NCBI RefSeq assembly: GCF_000315625.1
Contig: NW_005434636.1
Location: 124,001-188,000, forward strand
Length of the DNA: 64,000 nucleotides
Source: Guillardia theta CCMP2712
Lineage: Eukaryota > Protista > Cryptophyta
Reading direction: 5' to 3'
Position numbers and translations under genes: made by a program. The notes under the pieces are model-generated. The model did not search any database. It saw nothing but the letters and a program-made list of their open reading frames with translations, and had not been told where the DNA came from. Every line of letters starts with the position of its first letter. Position 1 is the first letter of the stretch. Below, piece after piece: positions 40,738 to 52,353 of the stretch.

Positions 40738-41299
40738 TCACAACTCGTCATTTTCGCTAGACGACATGTACCACTCGATCCACTCCTCCTCTAGCGGTTC
40801 CTCTTCCTCCTCCTCTTCCTCTTCCTCTTGCTGCTGCTGCTCCTCCTCCTCCTCTCCTGCCTCTTGCCCACCTCGAGCCTCTGAGCTGCCTTCCTCGACC
40901 TGCTGCTGGCTACGGGGCTTGCGCTCGTAAGGCCAGCGGGAGATTCCGAGGCGGCGGCATGCGCTCTTGAAGGCGGTGAGGGAGAGACCCTGAGGAAAGA
41001 GCGAGAGTGAGGGAGAGCACAGAAGGGAGAACGAGAGTGAGTGAGTGAGTGAGTGAGTGAGTGAGTGAGTGATGGAGGAAGGGAGGGAGAACGAGAGTGA
41101 GTAAGTGAGTGATGGAGGAATGGAGGGAGGGAGATCACGGGAGGGGTACCAGGGAGGCGGCAGCTTTTGTCTGTGGGAGGTGGAAGAGGGCCTGCAAGGA
41201 GGAGGTCTTGAGGAGGACTTCAGTCCTCTTGTTGCAGGCAGGCAGCAGCAAGCCTTGGAGGATCTTCCGTCTTGGCTGAACTCGGACGGTGACGTTCAT
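40738..41299 (-). CDS. RWP-RK transcription factor copy 2; exons 41150-41299, 40738-40989
   Basis: Spliced MNVTVRVQPRRK...LQALFHLPQTKAAASL|GLSLTAFKSACRRLGISRWPYERK...WYMSSSENDEL*. Confidence 0.92.
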
Positions 41300-41733
41300 C
41301 TCGCGCTTTCGTGCCTTCTGCGGCAGTGGGAAATTCGACGGTCAAGATATCCGTGTACAGGTGGGGGATGGAGGGTGGGGTATTTGTACGGGGCGAGGGG
41401 GGTGAGGGAGGTCAGGAAGGGGGTAGTTCTGATTTGCACCCCCTAGGCGGACCCGCCGACGTCCATGTATCTTCCCGGGGCTCGATATCCGGGGAAAGCA
41501 CGAGGTACCTGCAAGTTGAGTAAAACTTACCGGTACTGCGAGATCAGCTCGTGTCACCAGGCGCTGGGGTCGCATCGTCTCGATCCGACTGGATGCTGAC
41601 AGTCGGTCATTTTCTGTCCCTGCGACCGCTCGGAACTTTCCGGTGCCCCTACAGCCTATCCTGGAGTCGATTTCCGTAGATCCCCTCTCTCCTACCTCCT
41701 GATCCCTCCCCCTCCCCTCCCCTCCCCTCCTCC

Positions 41734-41833
41734 NNNNNNNNNNNNNNNNNNNNNNNNNNNNNNNNNNNNNNNNNNNNNNNNNNNNNNNNNNNNNNNNNNN
41801 NNNNNNNNNNNNNNNNNNNNNNNNNNNNNNNNN
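41734..41833. other. Assembly gap (100 N)
   Basis: Run of N. Confidence 1.
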
Positions 41834-42442
41834 TCCCCTCCCCTCCCTCCGTCCCTCCCCCTCCCCTTCCTCCCACCTCCCCTCCCCTCCCCCTCCTCCA
41901 CCTCCCCTCCCTCTCTCTCCTCCCTCCCTCCTCACATCTTTCGCCTTCTGCTTTTCTGTGGTTTTTCATCGTCCCTTGTATTTCTCTTCCTCACCCTAGA
42001 CTGCTTCGTTTCAAGAAATCGTGCTGCATTTCTATTGTCTCCCTCCTTTCATCTCCCTCTTTCGTTTTCTTCCTCTCCCTCTCCTCTCCTTCAATGTTCA
42101 AGTCGACTGCTCACTCATCTATCACTTTGTTTGCCTCTGTCCTTCATGAACGACATTCTGCTAATTTATTGCTGTTTTCTCCTCTCATTCAACGTTGAAT
42201 GTAACCGCAGCTGGTAGGATTCTTTATTCGCTGACATTGTCTTTGTATTGCACTCAACCCATCTGTCAATTTTGTCTTCCGATCGTTTTTTTGGCTCCTT
42301 TGTCAATTCATATCAGTCATCGGTTTCCATCTCCTTCACTTGTAATCTTGAATTCGATTTGATGTATGGTGGAGTCTACCTCTTTTAAAGTGAAAGAATG
42401 CAGGGTCCTTTTGAGATAAAGCTTTGTATCAACATCTATGTG

Positions 42443-45400
42443 TTAGCTAGAGTACTGCAAATTACGGATTGCTTCTTGCTCGAGTAGAGCTAAGTCCGAT
42501 ACATCAAGCTCGTCCTCGTCCTCGTCCATCAAACTTGCTTGCATCCAGTGAGCAGGAGGCGCTTTGGCTGGCGTCTTTCCGATCTCCTGAGTCTTTGACC
42601 CTTCGGCTGGCTTGTCATCACGCTGCTGCAAGTTTGCCAGCGCTGAAGCCTCCAGCCGCTTCAATTCCTCCAAGTCCAAGTCATCCTCCTCGTCCTCGTC
42701 GTCCAGATCGAGTTTCAAGCTGGGAGCAGAGCTGGGCGCTGCCTCCGTCTTGATCTTCTTCGGCATCGCCTGCTCGTCAACATCCTTGTCATCCTCGAGG
42801 TTTCTCTTGAGCGCGCCCACCTCCCCAGCACGAAGTCCCTCAGTCACAGCTGTATCCTTGCTCGAGCTCTCCTCCACCGACTCCCCTTGCACCTCTTCAG
42901 ACTCTCCTCGTCCTGCCCCAACATGCTCGTCAACTGCAGATTCCGGTGCAGCATCATCGTCGGACAGAGGAGTCAGGGCGACAGTCGCTTCTTGTGCCTG
43001 CTCGCTCTCCTCAACGTTCGCAGAGACGCTCTTCTCCTCATCACGTGACGAGTGCGTTGAAAGCTTTGGAGGAAGGAGGGAGGTAGACAGCTTGGCTGCT
43101 TCAGTTTGTGTTGCTGTTTCTGCCTGAGAGCTGCTGGACGAGTTCAAGGTGTCCGCAGGTATGGATTCATCCTCATCATCAGTATCGAAGGGCCCAGCAT
43201 CTGTAGCGTTGCTGACGGTGTTGTCCACAGTCTGTTCGATATCGCTCTCTTCTGCCAACTCGAGGATCTCCTCATGTTCCTCTTGCTCGCTGTCTGTCTC
43301 CGCATTGCCATCAACGCTGTCTTGAGTGGTTGGCTGTGAGGTAGGATGCTGTGGCTGTGTCACTGTACAAAGTAACTCACTTTCCTTGTGATCGGGAGAA
43401 CTGCTGGCGGGGCTGTCTTCAAGGTTTGTTTCATCCTCATCGTCAGTGTCATCGAGAACAAGTTTAGCTCTTCTCGGATGCTTCTTCGCGATCGAGGTCG
43501 CACTCTCATCGTCTTCAGAGGGAGCGCTTGCTTCGTTTTCCCCTTGGGGAGGGAGATTGGTGGATTCATGTGACCCTGTGAGGGAGGAAGGTGCTGTCTC
43601 GTCTCCAGCTGGAGCCTCTTGTGTGTTCCTCCCTTCATCTTCACATCCTTGTGTCTCCCTGCCCTCAGATTCAACGAGGCACTCGTTGTCATCCTGCTCA
43701 AGGCTCGTTTGAACATCCTGCGATGCGCTGCTCTTTGGTCGCTTGTTAGCCTCGGCATTCTCGTCAACATCCTCCCGGGACCTCTTGGAGTTGCTCTGCT
43801 GTTGAGCTTCTTCCAGGCTGTTCGCGATCATCCTAGAAACCTTGCGGGCGAGCTTGGGGAGTTTCATCCTTTCCTTTCCACCGATCATCGCCCTGATCTT
43901 ATCGTCGGGGAGGATGTAGCCATCATCATCAGGGTCAAAGAGATCGTGCAACTTGATGTAATCCAGCACAAAGGCCATGGCCTCTTTGCGAGCCATTCGA
44001 TCTCTGCCAACAAATTCTGCCAAGGGTCTGCTCAGGTACAGCAAGTCTTCAGCAGGCTCCTGCTGAGAGGTCGTCGACTGCTCTAGCGTGCTTTCTTGTG
44101 TCTCAACTTTGGCGGGTTGGACGGGAGCATCATCGTTCTGTTGGAGGCGTTGCAAGATCGGCACATCATCATCTGAATCGCTCACGACAGGTTTGTTTCT
44201 GACCGAGGTTGTAGCTCGAGAAAGGAGGCTCCTCTTTAACTTGGGCATTTTCACTTTCCTTTCTGGCTCATCCTTGCTTGCACTCTTGAACGACGACCCA
44301 ACGAGGGCCTCAGACCGAACTTCTTGTGGAAGATCGAACTTGCAGCTCTGACAGCACACCCATATCGCATTCTCATCTTTGATGTCGCCCTCTTCCAAAC
44401 CAACACAAGGTCCGTGGAACCAAACCTCACACGCCTCGCAGAATACCATGAAGACGTCTACCACAGATCTGCCAAGCTTGCACGACCGCTTGCAGTGGAT
44501 TTCGTTCGTTGAAGCACCAGGAGCTTCATGATGGTGGCCCTTGGTCTCTAGGAGGAACCATCTCTTCTTCGACGAGTTACCGTATTCGCCCTTGTTCAGG
44601 ACGAGCTCTTTCTCTCCCGTCAGCGATCCCTTGGTGTCTTTGCTCCGAAAAGCCACTACCGCAACAACAGCATCTCCTCTGTTTTCCATAACATCTTTGA
44701 TCCTGCATTGGAACCATTTCGACGAGTCATTCCAAAAGTACATGATATCTTTTCCCACTAAATTTCCAAGATCGAGAGATTCTTCGGATAAAGCCCTCAA
44801 GCCTCTCGACAAGGTACACCCATCTTTCTTGGAGGACTTGGCTCTCTCCTTCTTCGGCTTGCTTTCCGATGATCCAGAGCTCGCTGTCTTGCGCCTTCTT
44901 GGTTTTTGGGAACCAATGATCAGATTTCCTCGCCTGTCCTTCAACGGCAGATCATCAGCACAATCTGCCGAACAGACCCAGTTATCGTCATCTGTCACGT
45001 TCCCATGTTTGACTCCGATACATTCTCCATGGAACCACACGTTGCACGTGTCACAGCAGATCATAAAGCTTCGGCTGTCCCATTTCCTCTCTTTCTTACA
45101 TCCCTGTGTGCACATTTGTGCCTTGGCAACGTGATGGGTCTCTTCGGCCTCGGAATCTGTAAAGCATTTCAGCGCATGCAGACAACTCAATCTGCCACCT
45201 GTTGCAAATGCAGCATCTTGATTCTCGTGCTCAACTTCTTCCTTGTCGTCGTCGTCCAACTCAGTCTCTGAATCTGTTCGCTCTCCACCTTCACTCTCAG
45301 TTGCTCCTGCTTCCCCTGAATCACTCATCTTTTCATCCGGCTGCTGGGGACTTGAATCAGGCTTCAGTCCCTCTGCTGTGATTTCTCCGATGTTGTCCTC

Positions 45401-48400
45401 TTGCCGAGGTCTTGCCGTTGCGTCCACAGACTGTTGCTGTTCCTCAACGGCGACATCTTCATCATCCGTCCTCTCTGTTTCTTTCGCGACCACTAGTTGA
45501 GAGTTCTTTTCTGCAGCATTCGATTCTTGTGCATCAGATGAATTCTCAGGCATGATGGTTTCCGACTCGGAACCTTTCGAGCTATCATGCAACAAGTTCT
45601 CGTCTGCACCAACCTTGGGATGTTCGTCAGTGGGCAACGTATCGGGATTCGCTGAGTTGATCTCCTCCTCCGGCAAGGGCTCAAGACGGAGAAGGAATCT
45701 GATTGCAGCATCCCTTACACTCTCCAAGATCTGATCCAGATCGACTGCAGATATCAACTCTTTCCCTCTCGACAAGGATATCCCCACAACTTTTTCGATC
45801 AAATTCTGTAGGAGCAAGATCATTCGATTTAAAATCATCGCATTCAGAACCTGAGTGAAATAGCCCAACATCGCCTCCAGACGTCGGATACCGTTGTTGC
45901 TCAAACTCTTAAGGCTTCCTCCCGCACATGACGGATGGAGCTCCTTGATCTGACGCTTCATCGTTTCTTTCGGAACAGATACTGCAGTGCTTGGAAGTTC
46001 CGAGCCTCTGACGCTCTGCTTCAGATCTCGGGAATGAATGGGTCATTTAAAATTACCTCAGAACTTCACCTACACTACTTCTTGGCTCTTGTGGAATCCA
46101 TTTACGGATGGCCTTGCCAAAGAGTCAGTACACGAGGGAAACTCTTTGACAGGTTTGCTACCTTCTTGATGGATGTTTCCGAGAAAGTACAACTCAGTTC
46201 AGGCCGACCCAGCAAGCCTCCCATGAATTGATAACAGATGAGCTTCAATCGGTCTTTGGCATCGTTATCCACTCGCAGCTTCCTCGCGCTGGAGTCCAAC
46301 TTCAAGGCTTTGTCCACCATAAGGGCAGACGCAGGCTGCCTATTCCTCTTGGCTTTTGGCTTGTCGTCCTTCTCTGAGGGAATGTAAATCCTTCTTGTCC
46401 TGGGCTTTCTTGCTTTTGTCTCTTGTACTTCGTCGTCTTCGGTTTCATCACCTCCGGACTTTTCTGATTCAGTTACATCGCCAGCATTGTCCTCTGAATC
46501 TGTGGCGAAGGAGCTCATAGCCTTGCGTCGAGGTGTTCGTGTAGTTCGTGTGCGCGGCCTCCTTGCTGAGTTGGAAGAAGTTGATTTGATTACCTTCCTT
46601 TCCTTGGCCTTGCTCAAGGAATAGTTTGCTTTTTGATAGTCATCAGCAAATGTCAAGCCTTTCTCAAAGAAATCCTTTGCATATTCATCGTGCTCCCACA
46701 ATCCTGACTCATGCAGATCGTCTCCCTGAGGAGCTTGCCCAACATTGTTTGATTCCTTGTTGGCAGACATTGCGATGGGCTCATCATCATCACTGTCATT
46801 CTCAGCAGTGCTCGCCTTCGAAAGCAGAAACTTCTTCCTTGAACTTTGGGTTTTGCCCTGCTTGTTAGCGACTTTGTCACTTTCTGATTTCATGTCAGAA
46901 TCGTTTTCCGACTTTTCATCTTCAGTTACATCGCCAACATCCATGCCAACTGGTTCGTTGTCGTTCACTGCAGTGGCATTATCTTTGACAATTTCCTTCC
47001 CATTTTCCGTTTCTTGAACAGAGGACGGTTCTGGCTTTGATTCGCAAACCTGTCCTGTCGTAGTTGATAAATCGCTGAAAACTGCTTGTGAAGACAGTTC
47101 TCCCTTTGATTCCAACGCTTTTTCTGTCGTAGATGATGAATTCGTCTTTGAGTCCAACACTTTTGGTAAATTCATCTTCGACACACCTGATAGATAAAAA
47201 TTCAGAATTGAGACATGCAAGATGGCTGTCACTCACAATCCTTGAGTCTCTTCTTCAGGTACTCTTTCTTCCGATGAGGGACGTGAATTCCAACAATCTT
47301 GCGACCGCAAGTCGTCGCTACTCGCACAACCTGATCATGATTTTCAGAACGGCGTTAGAAAGTTCCGAGTCACTGACCTTCACACTAAATTCATCGTCGC
47401 GAGGATTCTTGATCGCAACAGATTTTTTGATTTCCTCCCAAAAAGGAAATACTGATCCAGTAAGAATGTTATACACATACATTCTTTTCTTGTAAACACA
47501 AACATCTTTGCCTTTACAGCTTGATGATCTTGCACTGTGCCCGCAATGATCCTTTGAGTACTCATAAATCTCCTTCCAAATTTTTTCTGCTTCTTCTAGG
47601 TCCAGCTTGTCGTAATCATTCCGAAGCTTGAAATTTGAAACTTCCTCTGGCCTATGACCTGCGTGCGGTAGAGTGGTATGATAGATCCTCCGTCTCTTAC
47701 CATGCACCTCCTGCTTCTTTGCAAGTGCAAGAATGATATTGTAGAAAGCATCATTTTGAGGGTCCTTCTTCTTGTAAAAACCAGCCACCTCATCATTCTG
47801 GCTGTCTAGAAACTCTTTAGCTTCTTCCCATGACACTCCCCTGTCTCCCCAAAGGGTCAGCAGGCTTGTGTGAGCATTGGTTGCTGGATTCTGGTGAAGG
47901 ATTTCTTCATCTTTCAGCTTCAGCTCGGAGGCAATGTCTGTTATTCCATCCTGATATTCCCCACGCATTTTGGCATCACGAATGAGGATCTCCATAAGCA
48001 CATGCCAGAAAGAGAAAATTTGCCCTTGCAGGCACAATTTCACTCCAAACAATCTGTTCAGGAATACATTGACGGTGGGAAATGTTTCTGAATCCCCGTG
48101 CCCAAACATTCCGGCTTTTTGCAGCGCTGTCATCGCAACTGTTGCAAATTTTTCGAAATCGTTCTCATATTCAGTCTCCAGAAACTCCAATTCATTAACC
48201 GCGTCTTCAGCAAAGGGAGGGAGCGACCCGTCTGATAGGCAGTTGAAGACTTTCTCAAGAGCCTCCGGACCATACCGTGGATCGATGGCGAAGTTGGTCA
48301 GACCGCTTCCTCCTGTCGCTCTTCTGTCCCCTTGAGTCATCGCACCCAGTTGCTGAAGTCTCTCAGCTACCGCACTTGCGAACCTCCATTCACCACCGAT

Positions 48401-51400
48401 GGGAGTCATGATTAACTTGAACTCTGGGGCGCTGGACTGGTTGGATCTATGGGAACGGCCCATTTGCTGCACAGCTCTGTCTGCACTCCAAGGTAGCTGG
48501 AGAGTGATGTGAACGCGTCTCCGTGTGTTCTTGACACGCCTATCGGCATGCAGGCTGATGCCAGTCGATGCAGCCTCTGAGATGATCGCGACCAGTTTTT
48601 TCCCCGACATGAACTTCTTCCTTTCGCGAATGTTGATCGCATCGCCCGAAGAGTCTGATTTGATGCGTTTCACAAGCGTCCATTCGCCTCGGACGCAGAC
48701 TTGTCTCACGGATCGACCAGTCATCTCTGCAACACGTTTGGGGCCCCCGAGCAAGTCAATGATTTCATCCAATGGATTTATCGGCAGCTGCAAAGCATCA
48801 ATTCTTTCAAGAATCTGTTCTTTCTCCTCTGTCGTCATCACTTTCACTCCGAACTTTTCTATGAAATTTTTAAGGAGGTTGCATGCTGCTGAACATCCGG
48901 ATTCTTCCTCAGTTGCTACTGACTCGCCTGTATTCTGGAAAACCAGCAACATCAAAACTTGTCACAAAAATGATATGAAAACTATACCTGCAAACCAATC
49001 ACGACGCACTTTCCTTGTTGGATTGCTTCGTTTGCTATTCTGACAACACCTTTCACCTTAGCAGCCATACAGATTTGGCCCCAAAATCTTTGGTTAGCAC
49101 CCCAAAGTTGGGACCGCAATTGGTTGATTTCCTTTCTAGTGAGATTCTCTATGCCTTTCTTACAGAATCCGGAGAAATGTGATATGATATCTGACCATAG
49201 CTCCACCGCTTTGTCGTACTTCAGCATGAATTCTTGATCAATTTCTTCTTCCACAACCTCAAACTCAGCACCTTTGAAAGACAGGGATCTTGCTAGGTAT
49301 TGTCCTAACTGTTTCAACTCCATCGCAAGCAGTTCCATCGCTCCCGTCCCTCCAGAACGAATCTCTCTCACAAAGGTGTCTGGGGTATCAAACGAGGTTC
49401 CAGGGCCCCACAAACCTAGTCTTGAGGCATAGAGCAAATGCTCTGGTTCACTCGCACCGGTAGCGGAGACATACACAACTCTTGCCAACGGTAGCTGCTG
49501 CTGAATCTCAATGACTGCAGTAGCTGACTTGGTTCCATTAGTCCTCAATGCTTGGCTCAGTTTGTGTCGTCCCTTTTTCGGAATCCTGATGTTTTTGGCC
49601 TTATGTGCCTCATCAAAGGCAAGAACTCCATCGAAGTCCTCCCCAGCCCACTTGACAATCTGTGTCAGCCGGCTCTGATCCTTCCCCCCTCCTGCTCCGT
49701 TTCTGACCAACAATGAGTAGGTGCAGAAGATGACGCCCTGATTGAGCTCCTCGAAGCTATTCAGGTCCTTATTGTTGCCGTAGTCTCTCAGGTCATGAAT
49801 GGGAATTGCTCCTCCACCGATGTCGCAGATGTCTCTCTTTGCATCATCAATGAGATCTGAGCTGATTGAAATCCATATTGCCCTCTTTCGACCTCGAATG
49901 AAGTTTTCCAGTATGATTCCTGCGATTTGACGCCCTTTACCCACACCTGTTAACCTGTCAATCTGCGAAGTTTTACAAGTGGTGCATTGTTTACCCGGCC
50001 CGTCGCCCATGAAGAAGCCAGAGCGATACTGGGTTCCAGGGATCATCCGCTCGTGTTGCTCACATGCATAGATCACAGATTCCAGCTGCAAATTTGTCAG
50101 GCGCCCTTCCTTGATGGTAGCCTCCGGCAATCTGAGCTTGATGCTCCATTTGGGAGGAATGATTGAACTCAATGTTGAAGTCTCCGTGATGGGATCAGGA
50201 TGGCAAACCAAGCTGCTTATCTCTTTCAATCTCGGAGGTGCATACTCTGGATTCAGGATCAACAAACTTTATCACATCAAAGACCAAGTGAGATGTTACC
50301 TGTGAATGTCTTTCCCTCTTTCTCATTGTATGCAGCTCCAAATTGCTCATCCAATACCATCTCTTCTGTTTCAATACGCATCTGCTTGAGAGCAGGATCT
50401 TCATAACCGTTTCGATGTGGACACTGCTTGGTGTGTCGCCCTCCAGTCTTCCAGCAGCTCTCACAAATTTGCTTTACCGTGTTGTGAGGAAATGTCGCTG
50501 GAATATTTTGGTTGACCATACCAAATGTATACGCCTGCGGAGAGTACATCAATGAATTCCCTTCGCTTGCTCCTGCATTGTTGTATGGCGGGATAGCAGC
50601 CCTAAACATACTTGAGTACATCATTTGGTATTGAGGGTTAGAAAAAGCATTTGGTTGGCGATTTTCAAAACCCATAAGGTCACGATTGTAGGAATTCAAT
50701 CCAGCATATGATGAAAGAGGCTGATCTATCGAAGAGGCACCTGGAAATTTTTCTGGTTTCAAACTTTCTAATCTCGAATTCCCCCATACGTTGTAAGCTT
50801 TTTCTTCTGAATTGGCTGCTACAGGCCGATTCGATGAAGGCGAAGGCAGGTGCATCAAGTTTTTCTGATCCCCAACAATAAAAGCTTCCCGATTGAATGG
50901 TTTCACCTGTAAATGAGACGGAACTGTCCTTACAGAGCCGGAGGCAGCCAGGACTTTTTCGGTATTTGGTTTCTGAACCATCGAAATATTCACCTTCTCA
51001 GTCTGGCGCTGAGGGTTTGAGGGAGCAGCAGCAGGCTTCAATGCAGGAGCAAGCTCAGGCTTCAATGCAGGAGCAAGCTCAGGCTTCAATGCAGGAGCAA
51101 GCTCAGGCTTCAATGCAGGAGCAAGCTCAGGCTTGTGAGGTTTTCGATTCTCAACCCTCGACAAAATCCAATTGTAAGCTTTATCCTCGGCAGCGGAAGG
51201 AGCAGGTTTGTCATCCGAGCGAGCAGGTGCAGACTGCTCTGACTTACCACTTGCAACCTTTGAACCCAACTCGTTGTTTGATGACAGAGCTTGACTGATT
51301 GCAGGCGACCGCTCGAGAGGATGGAGGGAATTTGGTGCAGACTTGTGGTTTGAAAGAACGGACATTGGTTTCCGATTGAGAGCGGTGTTCGCCTCGTCGT

Positions 51401-51458
51401 TTTCCATCGACCATTTCGATGGAGGCAGAGCTCCAGGTCGTGTCAAAGGATTGTCCAT
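42443..51458 (-). CDS. SBNO: Strawberry notch family SF2 helicase-like protein with long C-terminal extension (two PHD fingers, Tudor-like segment, SWIB)
   Basis: LQLESVIYACEQHE, GFFMGDGPG|VGKGRQIAG, FDEAHKAKN, VYVSATGASE, ISEAASTGISLHAD, QLPWSADRAVQQMGRSHRSNQ, FLNRLFG. A short in-frame exon VVRVATTCGRKIVGI links the core to the downstream ORFs. Confidence 0.9.
51033..51134 (-). repeat. 24-bp coding tandem repeat x4 (KPELAPAL) in the SBNO N-terminus
   Basis: aggcttcaatgcaggagcaagctc repeated. Confidence 0.9.
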
Positions 51459-52163
51459 GGCTTATTCCATACAAACAAACTCCTTTCATGAAAATAGTTA
51501 GTGATTTCATTAGCAAACAATTCAGTCGACCAACAAAGACAAGCAACAATGTCAAACATCCATTTCTTTCCTATCACTTCAAGTAAGAAATCAATGCTTC
51601 AGACCCTAGCATCATGTCATACAAAACTCATTGCTGCTCCTATCGTCCCTCAATCACCCGTCACATCCAACAAATATCAAACCTTGGCTGTCATTCTTAC
51701 AGTATCACTTCTTTTGAACTTACTCTACGTTCCTTGCTTATCACATCTTTGTCCTGTAGTACACCAAGATGCCTCATATCTCCATCCCCCAGCCTTCTCA
51801 ACCTCATTCCTCCTTCTCCTCGTCTTCCTTCTTATCCTTCTCCTGCTCCTGCTCCTCTTCCTGCTCCTCCTGCTCCTCCTGCTCCTGCTCCTCCTGCTCC
51901 TCCTCGGACGCCTTTCAGCATGCGAAGGGCGATTTGGCGGGAATAACCACTGACTACCCCGTCCTTCTGCTTCTTTTAGTACCCACCCGTGTTAAGCAAA
52001 GGTCCTGCAAGATTTAACTTATTTTCACCGGATTTCTGCTTCTGAGAATTCCTGTAACGACGAAGCGACCCAGCTACGAAGAAATCGACGGAGGAAGAGG
52101 AAGAGGAGCAGAGCAGAGCAGAGCAGAGCAGAGCAGAGCAGAGCAGAGCAGAGCAGAGCAGAG

Positions 52164-52194
<31 letters not shown>

Positions 52195-52353
52195 AGGAGG
52201 AGAGCAGAGCAGGAGGAGAGCAGAGGGGAGGGGGGGAAAGGGGAGGAAGGAGGATGGAGGCTAAGGGAGAAGAGAGGGGAACAAAGAAGAAACAGAGAGG
52301 ATGCAGGAATCTGAGGATGAAAATGACAAGGACAAGGGTGTGCGGGGCCAAAA

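Noticed and set aside
39499-41187. Direct repeats as LTRs or a CRISPR array
   Set aside because: Explained by duplicated RWP-RK genes; there is no repeat-spacer structure and no internal retroelement ORF.
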